Below are positions 13,300 to 26,430 of a stretch of DNA of 64,000 nt, piece after piece. The stretch comes from Eledone cirrhosa. Lineage: Eukaryota. Within the stretch, counting starts at the first letter, position 1. Each line of letters opens with the position of its first letter. The notes beneath the pieces were generated by a model. It searched no databases. It saw only the letters and a list, made by a program, of their open reading frames with translations, and was not told where the DNA came from. The stretch spans positions 65,968,001 through 66,032,000 of the forward strand of contig OZ024747.1 in assembly GCA_964016885.1 (NCBI GenBank). Reading direction: 5' to 3'. Both the position numbers and the translations under genes were made by a program.

Positions 13300-13303
<4 letters not shown>
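13045..13303. mobile_element. Fold-back pLTR-type insertion
   Basis: 13222-13303 is an inverted copy of about 13045-13125. Confidence 0.75.
13087..13149 (-). ncRNA. Minimal type I hammerhead ribozyme
   Basis: TATTTTAT-CTGAAGA-GAGCGTACCAAA gtgt TTTGGTACCCTT-GAAA-T ATAT A-TA-ATAAAATA; perfect 8-bp stem I and palindromic loop III. Confidence 0.85.
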
Positions 13304-13335
<32 letters not shown>

Positions 13336-13344
<9 letters not shown>

Positions 13345-13519
13345 TACAAATATTAATAAAATAGATGTTCTTTTGATCAATTAAATTTTATTATACATAT
13401 TTCAGAGGTACAACAGTACGTCCTCATCAGAGGACGTACTGTTGTACCTCTGAAATATGTATAATAAAATTTAATTGATCAAAAGAACATCTATTTTATT
13501 AATATTTGTATTTTAATAT
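13336..13519. repeat. Perfect palindrome of about 90-bp arms with 4-nt loop, centred on a hammerhead core
   Basis: Arms 13336-13425 and 13430-13519; minus strand reads CTGATGA-GGACGTAC tgtt GTACCTCT-GAAA-T ATGT A-TA. Confidence 0.9.
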
Positions 13520-13619
13520 TAATAACTCTGGAAAATTATTTTCTGTAGAGTGCTTCCAATCTACCGTAAAACTCATTCTTTGATGTACTCATTGAATCTT
13601 GTTTAACTCTTTAATATAT

Positions 13620-16189
13620 ATATATATATAATAATAAGGAGTTGACGGACACAGCACATTTATCAATGCCAGGACCGGTTGTATCTCAGCGTACCCAATA
13701 GGTAATGTAGGATACATTCCCAGAGTATACACATAGTTATTCGCTTCAATACAACACATGTAAAACGGGTGCCTATAGTAGTTCCCGGACTCGAGTTTCG
13801 GCCACACTTAATATATATATATATATATTTCTCTACCGATTTTGATGATTTTTTTTCCAATGTGCTCCAAATTTACCAGGGCAGGTCAACGCGTAATTAT
13901 TTTTGCCAAATATTTCTTGCTTCTATGAAAAAAAATCGATAAAACTAAATACATGCTGCAACCCTCTCTCTTACACGCTTCATTCCTCTCACTACTACCA
14001 TCAAAAATATATGAAACTACATACATGTTGCAACTCTCTTTAAAAGGTTCATCCTTTCCTCTATTCCACTCTCAATCTCCTCTGCAACTCTCTTTAAAAG
14101 GTTCATCACTCTCTCTACTCCCCCCCCCCTCAATCTCCTCTGCAACTCTCTTTAAAAGGTTACTGCCTCCGTCTACTACTCTATCACCATTACAATTTAG
14201 AACAACGACAAAACTTCTTTTGAAGGAACGCGACACAAACTTTGAAACCTAAGCAAAACAACAACCATAGCTTTACTCTCTCCATCGCTCTTCCCTCTCT
14301 CTACAATAGATTATTTCCCCTCTCTATAATTTAACTGCTTTACTCTCTTCATTCTTCGAGGTTTAACACTAGCTTCACTCTATCCGTCGCTCTTCTCTCT
14401 CTCTATATAATAGATCATTCCCCCTATTCATTCGGGAACGCGAAAAAAACTTTGATAACTAAGCAACACATCATTTTATACAACAACAAACAGTCATAAC
14501 GACACTCATACATCAAATATCAAAATTTAAAAAGCCGATAACACTAAATACATACTGCTCTCTCAACGTTACGTTTTACACACTTACATTTTGCATCAAA
14601 TAACAAATATTCAAAAGCAACAAATGAATTTATAAAACAACAAACAATAGCGACGCTTAAGCATTTATTTACATGATTCTCAACAAAGACATTATATTTT
14701 ATTGTTATCCTTTTTGTAATTTTTTTTCTTTGTTTTTCTCAATATGAGACAAAAAATTAATGAGAACTTTTTCACGGGATTCTATTCAAAGTCGGGACAA
14801 TTATTGCTTTTGGTCAGGAGAAGGTCATGAAGCAAAACAATTTCAAATCAATCAGCAATAAGGGCAAAAATCGATCATGATCATTCCCCCTCTCTATAAT
14901 TTAACTGCTTTACTCTCTCTGTCGCTCTTCACTCCCTATATGACAACACTGCAGAGAGAGAAACAATGTATATGATCAAATGGATCGTTCCGTATATTCC
15001 CCCTCTCTAAAATTTAACTGCTTTACTCTCTCTGTCGCTCTTCACTCCCTATATGACAACACTGCAGTGGAGCGTTCCGTATTGACATACGGCTTAACTG
15101 GGGCATTTTCAATCGGCTTATTGCAAATAACAACCCGCAAAATAACACTTCATATAACATATTAATGCTATAGACATATGAATCGGAATGTAACCCGTGA
15201 ACCTTTTCCTGGGCAAAATTATTCGAACAGACATGACCTCATTGCCAGAGTGTTCAGACTGAAACTGGCTAAACTCATAGCTTTAATCAAAAAGGTCAGG
15301 TATTTGGAGCTGTAAAATGTGACATGTTCACCGTCGAATGGCAAAAACGAGGGCTGCCACATGCTCACATTTTGATTTGGTTAGCTGATAAAATCAATTC
15401 AAATGCCATAGACAGCTTCATTTCGGCTGAAATCCCTAACCCAGCAACTGACCAGGAATTACATGACATCGTCAAAGGTAACATGATTCATGGTCCGTGT
15501 GCGTCGGGTCCTAATGAGAATCACACGTGTCTGAAGGGGGGGGGGGTCGTGCAGTAATGGATACCCAAAAACATTTGTTGACCAGACTCAGACTGATGGC
15601 GACGAGTACCCCCTGTACAGGCGGAGACGGCCCGAGAACGGTGTCTTCACCACAACAGTAAGGGGAGGTCAAGTCGACAATAGATGGGTGGTCCCTTACT
15701 GCCCGCTTCTCTTGAAGATGTTCAACGCCCACATCAGCGTTGAGTTTTGCAACTCCGTCAAGTCGAGAAAATACATATGCAAATATGTAAATAAGGGCTC
15801 TGATGCTGCAATGTTCGCATTTCAAGCTGAAAATAGCAGGGACGAGGTCACAGAATACTTGGCGGGCGGTACATCATTAGCAATGAAGCTTTTTGGCGCC
15901 TATTTGGTTTACCCCTACACCAACGTCACCCCGCCAACGCGAACAGATCTGATACCCAGCGGCATCAGGGCCACCATCTTGCAACTTTGGTCTACTAAAT
16001 TCGCTATTGGAAGATTATTAACCCATCATTGATTGTCCAAAATGCTAATTGGTTCGTAACTATTAATAACCGGTTCAACTGATGTATGCACTTAATTGAT
16101 AAGCTTATGCGCTTTCAAGCTACGGTTACCTGTTTGTAACTTTTCATAGCAAATGAACAAACCCGAGCAACGCCGGGCTAAACTGCTAG
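13620..16189 (+). mobile_element. Internally deleted Helitron with Rep (HUH) domain remnant
   Basis: About 15230-15930 encodes DLIARVF, EWQKRGLPHAHIL (motif II), MIHGPC, DNRWVVPY and KYICKYVNKG (motif III) with frameshifts; ends CCCGAGCAACGCCGGGC..CTAG|T; 5' limit approximate. Confidence 0.88.
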
Positions 16190-16199
16190 TATATATAAA

Positions 16200-18844
16200 T
16201 ATATATATATAAAGATAACAAAATATCGTTATAGGTAATCCAGTTAGAGGTTGTGAATACTTCTTTTATTATGGATAGTTTTAGCGTACAGCGTTGTTTG
16301 ACTCAACAAGAGGTTTACGTAGATGGCGAGTTTATGATTTCACTTGTATTCCTATGTAAGTTTATCTTGGAGTAATAAAATTGAAAAAGTGGAGAATAAC
16401 ATGGTCAACAGTACAAAAAAGGGGATTTATTTACAGTCTAACAATTGTTTCACTGATAAAGATGTCTAAAAATTGCTGAACACTAGAAGCAGTGCCACTC
16501 AATTTTAAATACAATGTTAGCTCGATCAAATCTTCCGAAACTGTTATTGAAAGTATATGTAACCGGCAAATTTACAAATTCAAATTACTTCATCAATAAT
16601 AATATTAATAATAAAGATATAGAGAGAAAAGAAGGAAGAAAGTGAGATAGATACAGTAAAGAAAGAAAGGAAAGGAAAAAGAAAAAAGAAGAAGGAAAAA
16701 GAAAAAGAGAAAGAGAAAAAAGAAGAAAAAGGAGAAATTATTACAGAGAAAAAACATATAGAGAGAAGAAAATATATAGAAAATGATGATAGACAGAGGA
16801 GAGACAAGCATAAGTAAAAATAACGTAGGATAGAAAGAAAAATAGAGGGAAGAATAAATAAATAAACGTTAATACATGAATAAATGTAAATAAAAATAAA
16901 TATATAAAAAAATATATTTAAAAAATTGATAAATAAATAAATTATATCTAATGTGATATAAAATGGTATAAAATATGAAAAATGAAAAATGAAAAATGAA
17001 AAATGAAAATAAATACTCAAAAGAAGTAAAAATTTGCGAAGAATATTTAAACATTAAAATTATTGAGAGTGGTTTGTGAGAATTGTTAGAATATATGGAG
17101 AGATATGAAGGTAAAAATATGATAATGTTAAATATATTTATGTGTGTATTGGTTATTTTAATAAATAAATAAATTAATTAGCTTTAAGTTATATTATATG
17201 ATAAAATAGAATGACTGAGATGAAATAAATTTAGGGAGAGAAATATAAAGATAGAGAGTGAAAGATAGAGATATATAAAATAAGAATGTAAATATAAGAG
17301 GTTTTGATGTTGTTCTTTGATAGATGGTGACAATTATAATTATAATCATAATCATGATGATGATGCTGATAATGTGATATCATAATAGATCCAAGTGGTA
17401 CAATCTGGGTTATGGAATAGATAAGATGGAATTAAGATAAGATTAATAGATAAGATGGAATTAAGCTAGTCTATGTACTATAAGTTCAGGTAGCTTAGCA
17501 AGGTATTACATTGGTTCCACAGCTGGGGAATTTAAGAAAAGGTGGTACGTACATAGACACTCTATGATTAACAGGAATCTCTTAAATACAACGACTCTCG
17601 CCAATAAAATCTGGCAACTCAAAGATGCAAACAAGGAATATAAAATCAACTGGACGAAGCTATCAAATTGGTATGTCCCACTGCGATCTCTGTAATATGG
17701 AACTTTTCCAAATTTTAAATTACAATAAAATTCTTCTTAACAGTAAAATTGAAAGAACTATTTTTTGTCGACATAAATCAGCAACCAAATTTGAGAACTT
17801 TAGACCAGCTTAATTCCATCTTATCTATTCCATAACCCAGATTGTACCACTGGATATATCACATTATCAGCATCATCATCATGATTATGATTATAATTAT
17901 AATTGTCACCATCTATCAAAGAACAACATCAAAACCTCTTATATTTACATTCTTATTTTATATATCTCTATCTTTCACTCTCTATCTTTATATTTCTCTC
18001 CCTAAATTTATTTCATCTCTGTCATTCTATTTTATCATATAATATAACTTAAAGCTAATTAATTAATTTATTTATTAAAATAACCAATACACACATAAAT
18101 ATATTTAACATTATCATATTTTTACCTTCATATCTCTCCATATATTCTAACAATTCTCACAAACCACTCTCAATAATTTTAATGTTTAAATATTCTTCGC
18201 AAATTTTTACTTCTTTTGAGTATTTATTTTCATTTTTCATTTTTCATTTTTCATATTTTATACCATTTTATATCACATTAGATATAATTTATTTATTTAT
18301 CAATTTTTTAAATATATTTTTTTATATATTTATTTTTATTTACATTTATTCATGTATTAACGTTTATTTATTTATTCTTCCCTCTATTTTTCTTTCTATC
18401 CTACGTTATTTTTACTTATGCTTGTCTCTCCTCTGTCTATCATCATTTTCTATATATTTTCTTCTCTCTATATGTTTTTTCTCTGTAATAATTTCTCCTT
18501 TTTCTTCTTTTTTCTCTTTCTCTTTTTCTTTTTCCTTCTTCTTTTTTCTTTTTCCTTTCCTTTCTTTCTTTACTGTATCTATCTCACTTTCTTCCTTCTT
18601 TTCTCTCTATATCTTTATTATTAATATTATTATTGATGAAGTAATTTGAATTTGTAAATTTGCCGGTTACATATACTTTCAATAACAGTTTCGGAAGATT
18701 TGATCGAGCTAACATTGTATTTAAAATTGAGTGGCACTGCTTCTAGTGTTCAGCAATTTTTAGACATCTTTATCAGTGAAACAATTGTTAGACTGTAAAT
18801 AAATCCCCTTTTCTGTACTGTTGACCATGTTATTCTCCACTTTT

Positions 18845-18852
<8 letters not shown>
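16200..18852 (+). mobile_element. Truncated Naiad-like PLE with about 1.05-kb inverted repeat
   Basis: About 16375-17436 is the near reverse complement of 17806-18852; spacer encodes YYIGSTAGEFKKRW..H..TTLANKIWQLKD..CDLCNME..LLNSKIE..CRH. Confidence 0.85.
18685..18796 (+). ncRNA. Hammerhead-like motif, CGGAAGA core, long stem II (mirror copy about 16432-16543, minus strand)
   Basis: Stem I ACAGTTT/AGACTGT, core 18692-18698, GAAA 18778-18781, C AATT G, GUU site. Confidence 0.55.
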
Positions 18853-18915
<63 letters not shown>

Positions 18916-19194
18916 CATACACACACATACATAATATATATATGTGGATGTAGATAAATGTGCGTATATATATGTATGTCTGCATGTATGTATACATACA
19001 TGATTTCGAAATTGAAAAAAGTTTACATTCTATTTGAATTCTAGAATATTGTATCAAATAAAATATATAAATAAAGATGTCAAAATGTATTTAAATATAT
19101 ATATATATATATTGTATATATATATATATAATATGTATATATATATACATATATTATATATATACATATATATATATACATATATATATTTAGA

Positions 19195-19226
<32 letters not shown>

Positions 19227-19356
19227 CATATATATATATACATATATATATATACATAGATATGTATATATATGTATATATATATTTATATATGCATATA
19301 TATATATATATATATATATAAAGTATGTACACACGTAGATTTTATTTAATACTCAC

Positions 19357-19455
19357 AAAAAAATAATTCTTATAAAAAAAACAATTGAGAGTGCAACTAG
19401 AAAAAAAACAATAAACAAACAGGTAGAGGACATGCCAGACATGTACAATTTCCAT
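19357..19455 (-). CDS. Candidate first coding exon of a host secreted/membrane protein (exon 19357-19508)
   Basis: TTTTCAG acceptor, AAAATGG start context, MEIVHVWHVLYLFVYCFFSSCTLNCFFYKNYFF, then GTGAGT donor in phase 0; lies in apparently unique sequence. Confidence 0.4.
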
Positions 19456-19895
19456 TTTTATATTCAACCAGTTATTGTGTTAGTTTTGTTAGTTTTGTGA
19501 CCTCTCCTCTGAAAATGATGTCTACAGTTGAGAGATATAAACCTAACATGAATATATAGAAGCAAGAAGAGTCTTTAATTTCTGATTGAGTTATCAGGGC
19601 GCCGTTCTGATATACATTTTAAACCTGGCGTATCCCATCCACCTGCACACCAGAACATGGCCGATGTATTCAAAAGAAAGAGGGAGAGCGGGAGAGAGAA
19701 AGAAAGAGAGAGAGAGAGAGGGTGGAGAGGAGGAGAGATAAGAAGAGAGGGGGGAGATAGGAAGAGAGAGGCAGAAAGAAAGAGAGAGAGAGGGGAAGAT
19801 AGGAAGAGAGAGGGAGAGAGAAAGAGAAAGATGGGGGAGATAGGAAGAGAGAGAGAGGGGATATAGGAAGAAAGAGGGAGAGAGAGAGATGGATA

Positions 19896-20095
19896 NNNNN
19901 NNNNNNNNNNNNNNNNNNNNNNNNNNNNNNNNNNNNNNNNNNNNNNNNNNNNNNNNNNNNNNNNNNNNNNNNNNNNNNNNNNNNNNNNNNNNNNNNNNNN
20001 NNNNNNNNNNNNNNNNNNNNNNNNNNNNNNNNNNNNNNNNNNNNNNNNNNNNNNNNNNNNNNNNNNNNNNNNNNNNNNNNNNNNNNNNNNNNNNN
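19896..20095. other. Assembly gap (200 N)
   Basis: Run of N. Confidence 1.
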
Positions 20096-23000
20096 GTAGG
20101 TTTTGCTGATCAGGGATTTTATGGTGGTTCCTGGCTTTTCTACCACCTTTATTTTTAAGTGGGTCTTCTCAGGGCCTTTCTACACTGGTTAGCTAATTTC
20201 CCTCCAGGGGTGCGTCCACAAACATGACACTCTGATATCTCTGGTTGTCGTACCATGATGTGGCCTTCCCTATCTTATGTCTAGCCCTATCTAAGCTATT
20301 CCATGATTTGCTCCTGTATAGTGGGCAAATTCCTTTCATGTCCAGTTCTATGAGGGTCTTATACTTTTCCATGGCTCCTTCGTATACTCTGACTCTGTCT
20401 CTTTGGTTGTAGCCAGAGAACTGCATGCGGTTGATGAAGTGTTGGATGTGTCCTTCCATTTCTGTTGGGTCGCACATGCTGGACACATTCTTCATCACTC
20501 GTACCAAATCTGCGATCAGAATATTAAACTTAGCACTACTGGACATTGCTGAGTTTTTGAGTATCAGGTATTTGGAGGCCATGGGTTTAGCATAGTGTGA
20601 GTGGAGAATTTGGGCTCTCTCGTCTATAGTGTTAATCCAGAGTTCTGTGTCTAATACAGGTAGTCTATTGTTAGGGTGTTTGGAAGGAAGTCTATAGTTA
20701 CAGTTATACTCTGGTGTATGGAATTAGCTATCTGCTGGATGCTTTCCATCGTGCTACGTTCTAAATCAAACTTGTTAGTGCTCTCTAGTGGGGGTGTTCT
20801 TATAACTATATTGATATCGTCTACATAACGAGAGTACATGATGAGGTCTATGGAGCTTTCATTAAGGAGATCTTTAAGTCTCCTTTCCCACCATACCATG
20901 AAAAGGTTGGCAACATCGCCAGCTATGCTGACGCCGATGGCTGCTCCCTCATTTTGGGTGTAGATTTTCTCATTGAACTTAAATATGTGGCCCTTTAGGG
21001 TAGTTTTGATACTAGCCCCTATTGCATGTGCGACCATTTTTCTTACCTGATCAGTGTTTTGGGGGGTCCGTATAGCTTTGGTCCACCCAATCCACCTTCC
21101 TATGGGAGTCTTTTTAGCCATTGAGGTTATGGTGGGGGGTCTACCTCTTATAGGTCTACTAGGGCAGAAACATCTAAGGTCATGGCTGTCTAGGTAGTCA
21201 GTGTCGTAGGTAAGTCTAAGTAGGAGGCCCAGTTCGTCTGTGTCGACGTCGCAGAACTCCACCTCACTCTCAATGATCATCTCCACACATCTTTTCACAG
21301 CAAAATCAATGTTAATGGATGGGTACAGTGACACCACATCCATGCTGCCTATTATGCAGTTGGATAGGCTCCTGTTTTTGTTGCACTCACTGATTCTGCT
21401 GAGGAGGTCCTCTGTACTTTCACATACATCTGGGGACATCTTGATTATGGGGCGTATAACCATTGAGAGGAAGTAGGAGATCCTGTAGTTGCTAGCTATA
21501 TTAGCTCCGCATACAGGTCTTGTTGGTGGTCCTATTGTCGGGTCGTCGACTGTCTTGTGGTCTTTGCGGAGCCCATACAAGGGTGGTATGCCATTGTTAG
21601 ACGCCTGGAAGTTGTTGGCAGTGCGTCTGCTTGGCTTTAGGATGTCAGTCCACATCATCATGTGAGCGTTGAGGATTTTTTCTCTCCCATCGTGTGTTAG
21701 TTGTGCAACTTCGCTCGTGTTGGTGATGTGGGGTTGCATTGCCTCGATGTAGTTCGGCATGCTATCTATTGACATCCTACCAGACTTATCTGTGGGTAGA
21801 CACACTACCTCACCATCCCTTGTGCGCTGCTTGAGGCTAACCAAGCCTTCTACAGGTTTTATCCCAAGTTGTTGGGCCTCTGGTCTGCTCTGTCTCATAG
21901 TGTACCTGTCTACTACTTGTCTAATCTTATTTCTAGCTATGGTGAACTGTGCCTCCGTCTCGTCATCTATTTGTTGTGGTATGCAAACTCTTTTATTAAA
22001 GGGTAACCTCGTAGGATAGATATTACCCATCTTATATGTTTTGTCAGCTGGGTTGAAAAATAGTTTCTCTAAGGGGTTGTCGTTATTTCTATCGTCATAG
22101 TTGTGTGTGTTGCTATTATTGTTATCATGGTGGTTGTTGTTGTTTCTATCCTTAGCATTAATATTATTATTGTTATGATTGCTAGATGTATTGTTGTTTA
22201 CTTCACCGTTATTGTTGTTGTTGTTACTGCTATTTCTACCATTGTGGTTGTTACTATTATTATGTTTCTTGTTTTTGTTGATGTTGCTACATGTACTATT
22301 TCCATTATTACCACTGTGGTTATTGTTGTTGTTGTTGTTCGTATTGTTACCGTTATTACTACTGTGGTCACTGTTGCTGTGTCTGTGGTTAACGTTTCTA
22401 TTATTATTATTATTGTGGTTGTTGTTGTTCTGTCTATCGCTAGTATTATTACCATTATCACTATTTCTCACTTTCCTGCCATTGTTATGGTTATGGCTGT
22501 TATTTCTATACCCAGAGTTATTGTTTATATTACTACTACCGTTATTATTGTTGTTGTTGTTTACCTTTGCATTCCAACGTATTTTTGTGAAACACTTTTC
22601 CAGCTCCGTTTTGCATTCCATAGGATTAATCTTTTTGTAGATGGCAAATTTTGGTGGTAACTTTAGGATTTGTTGTTCTTGTTCACTGATTAAAGTGTTC
22701 CCATAGATATTTACTGTGTGGTCATTGGTAAATTCTTCCGGTAGTTTTACATCACTCATACGGATGTTGTCGATGTTATCTGGGTATTTTTGAGAATATT
22801 CGATTTTCCTTTCTTGTAGTTTTTTTCTTATTCATCCATTCTAATTTCTTCTTGAAATGCCTACAGCATTCGTTTTGAGCATATTTCGTTTCGCGTCGGA
22901 TGACGCTCATGAAGTCATCTCTCTCGTTTGCTGTGATGAGATTTCGGATTTCCTTACCGTTGATGCGTTTTTGTCTGTAGAGTGCGTTGACTTTTGTGTA

Positions 23001-24290
23001 TGTTGTTCTTTTCATATTAACTGTTATTGTGTGTTTTAGCCGTTCAGCTTGTGTTTTGTTCAATAATAAATTATTTACTTGTTTTGATATGTTTGTTGTG
23101 TATGTTTTGGAGGAAACACAGTGTTTTAAGAAGCGGATTTGTTCTGTTGTTATTGTAGTTTTTATATAACAGAAAACAGTGTCTTTCAATAACCTTTCAG
23201 CTTGGCACAAGCTAATGCCATAGCGGCGATGAATTAGTTTTGCGAGGTTTTTTATATGAAATCGTGTGTCGAAACAGATATTGTTATATTTGGGGAGGGT
23301 CATATTTGCGTAATATTGCCAGAATTAATAACAGAACACACTCACTGTTTGGTTGGTTTTCGCTTCTCGCTGTCTTTTATATATATATATCTGCGATCTA
23401 ACTTACTCGGTCCTCAATGTTGCCATTGACTGACCGGCGGTCAAAAATAATACAGATACAATATAGACAAACACATATATATATAGTTTACATAAATCTT
23501 TCGTTGCACATCTGCAACATCGTCAGTGGTGTTATATTCATTGTTCCTCCTGTTGTGTTGTATGTCTACGCCATTTTTTTTGTTCAGTCTGTCTATATAT
23601 TTATTTATTTATTTGCTTGTTTGTTTATCTTATTTTATTTTGTCTTCTTTGCGCATGCGTTTGCGTGTGTGTATAGTGTTATGTGTGATGTGTGACTAGT
23701 GTGTATAGTGTTGTGTCTGCTGGGTGACTAGTGTGTGTTTATGTGCTTGTGTATGTATTTATTTATCTTATTTTATTTAATTTAATTTACTTATTTATTT
23801 ATACTTCTCTTAGGTCAGTGTTGTTTGTTTGGGTGTTGTTGTTGTTCCACTCATTCTTTCTGTTTAGCTTTGGTCTTCTAATTTCTATTTCACTGGCCTC
23901 TCTGATTTGCCTATCTGCTGGGTCATTCCTATGTTTAGATATTATTCTAATTTCTATGTTGTCTATGTTACCGTCATGATGTTGTCTAGCATGTTCGTAT
24001 AGTACTGACCCGTTTTTTCGTCCTTTTAGTTCCCCCCAGTGTTGGTCTATCCTTTCACCTATGCTACGAGCTGTCTCACCTATGTATGTTGTTGTCGTGT
24101 TTCTGCAAGTACCCTCTGTACATCTTATGCTATAGACTACGTTTCTAGTTTTACAGTTTATCCGGGGGTTCACCTTACATATGATACATTTCCTATTGGT
24201 ACAGTGGGTTTTCTTAAAAGGGTAGGTTTTGCTGATCAGGGATTTTATGGTGGTTCCTGGCTTTTCTACCACCTTTATTTTTTTTTTTTT
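20096..24290 (-). mobile_element. Penelope-like element in partial tandem: upstream 3' copy (endonuclease plus pLTR, 24290-23310) followed by a near-full ORF running into the gap
   Basis: ORFs 22776-23303, 20651-22759 and 20193-20582 join by frameshifts; PTDKSG, YGLRKDHK, DVVSLYPSI, GAAIG, RYVDD; GIY-YIG VVY..YIGETAR..R..H at 23799-24280; 20096-20156 repeats 24222-24282. Confidence 0.9.
23290..23540 (-). promoter_or_regulatory. PLE pLTR with degenerate hammerhead and TATA-like promoter
   Basis: CTGACGA-T-GTTGCA gatg TGCAAC-GAAA near 23498-23526; TATATAAAAG..GAAGCGAAAACCAACCAAACAGTG upstream of the ATG at 23303; conserved at 44600-44823. Confidence 0.6.
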
Positions 24291-24773
24291 AAAACAAAGA
24301 AACATGATTACATGAAAATACAACAAACCAACACACACATACACACATATACACACACATACACACACACCCACCTAGAGGCACACAGACACACACAGAC
24401 ACACACAGACACACACACAGGCACACACACAGACACGCAGAGGCAGACACAGGCACACACACACAGACACACACACACACACACACACAGACACACAGAC
24501 ACACCCACACCGAGACTCACATACACACCCAGACACATACAGACACAGACTCACGAACACACCCACCCCCACACACCCAAACACACACACGCACACACAC
24601 CGAGACACACACACCCGCACACACATACCAATACACACACACACATACACACATATATACATATTTACATAAAAGGTGACTTTCCCTGACAGAATGATGT
24701 CCATCATTATTACCATTTTTACCTTTTATGAACCATAATATAATAATTTATTAATACCTCCCGGCTATCATAA

Positions 24774-25663
24774 TCTATAAAGCTTAGTGTGTGGTCATGC
24801 TCCTTCGTTATAGAAATCTACGATATAGAATTTCTTCAATTGAAATTCACAATTCAGTATTCAAAATAGCTTCGATTGCGTCTTGACGCAGATAATTTTT
24901 TCAATTTCACCCACAATTACGCAAAAAATAGATAAAACTCAATATTTTACGATTTTTCTCTCTCATTTAAACTGCTGAACTCTTTCTACTACCATTCAAA
25001 ATCTATACAACTTCATACTTACTGCTACTTTCTCTTTCCAAGCTTGATGGTGATACTGTCCGTTCACACCACTCCCTACTGTCTTAAATTTAGAAAACAC
25101 ATATCTTCTATGAGGTTACTAAACCTGCTAGAAACAGCAGCTAACTCTCCCCCATATCACACCCCTCCCTACTGTCTTAAATTTAGAAAACATATCTTCT
25201 ATGAGGTCACTAAACCTGCTAGAAACAGCAGCTAACTCTCCCCCATATCACACCACTCCCTACTGTCTTAAATTTAGAAAACACATATCCTTTATGAGAT
25301 CACTAAACCTGCTAGAAACAACAGCTAACTCTCCCTCATATCACAACCCTCCCTACTGTCTTAAATTTAGAAAACACACAGACAACCATGCAGAACAACT
25401 CCATCGCTGCTCTGTTGTTCGGCTGGCATCGTCTACGCGCGTGTTGCGCAAGTACTGTGAAACAATAAATTTCAACACTTTTTTGCACAGAGATAATATC
25501 CATAGGCGAAACTACAATTGTCAATGCTGGCGCAGCTCATGCTTCCAGGTCTGCAATTCATTCACCCAGTGCCTGGCAGACAAAAAAGTGCTGCCATAAA
25601 ATGGGTAGTGCAACCTAACTTTGGTAACTTAATGACCCGAGCAACGCCGGGCTTTAATGCTAG
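24774..25663 (+). mobile_element. Non-autonomous Helitron with internal about 91-bp tandem repeat
   Basis: Ends CCCGAGCAACGCCGGGC..CTAG|T; about 3.4 repeat units at 25066-25378; 5' A|TC start tentative. Confidence 0.7.
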
Positions 25664-25959
25664 TTTTATAATAAAATGTGTCCATATCAGACGAGTGAAT
25701 TTTAAAAATATCTTATTTCTTTGTTGTTGACATCATTTTTGTTGTTACTATTACTGTAATTGTTGTTGCTGTTGTTGGTGTTATTGCTGCTGCAGCATTC
25801 GTTTTTTTTTGTTACTATTGCTGTTGACAATTTCTCAATGAAATTATGTTATAAACATCAAGGGAAATTAGGAAATAATGTTAAGGTATTTTTTCTTCCG
25901 GGGTAAAAAAAAAAATGTATATATTCTATTATTTACTGGAAATAATTGTGGTTTCTTAT

Positions 25960-26430
25960 ATAGGCACAAGGCCATACATTATTTTTTTTTGGGGGGGGGG
26001 GGGGGGAGTCGACTAAATCGACCCCAGTGCGTGACTGGTACTTTATTTTATCGACCCCTTAAATTAACCTCGGCGGGACTTGAACTTAGATCATAAAGGG
26101 CCGTAACTGTATGCTGCAAAGCATGGCGTCCGACCCTCTACCGATACTGCCAATCCACCGCTCTTTAACTGGAAATAATAGTAACAACAACAACAATTGT
26201 TTCTACTTTAGGCACTGGGCCAGCAATTTGAAGGGGAGGGGATGGTCAATTAAATCCACCTCAGTGTATTACTGGTACTTTATTTTATCGACCTCGTAAG
26301 GATGAAAGGAATAACAACAACAACAATAATAATGGTTTCTTATATAGGCACAAGGCCAGTAATTAGAGGCGAGGGGAAAGTCGATCAAATCGACCCCAGT
26401 GCGTGACTGGTACTTTATTTTATCGACCCA
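25960..26430 (-). mobile_element. Three tandem SINE copies or fragments
   Basis: Reverse complement of SINE core (CTGGTACTTTATTTTATCGACC) and tail (TAGGCACAAGGCC), separated by AAC/AAT tracts. Confidence 0.8.

Noticed and set aside
16580-18649. Mirror-image hydrophobic ORFs as membrane proteins
   Set aside because: T-rich PLE 3' UTR present in both arms of an inverted repeat
25066-25378. Regular repeats resembling a CRISPR array
   Set aside because: Whole units repeat with no unique spacers; eukaryotic Helitron-internal minisatellite; no cas genes
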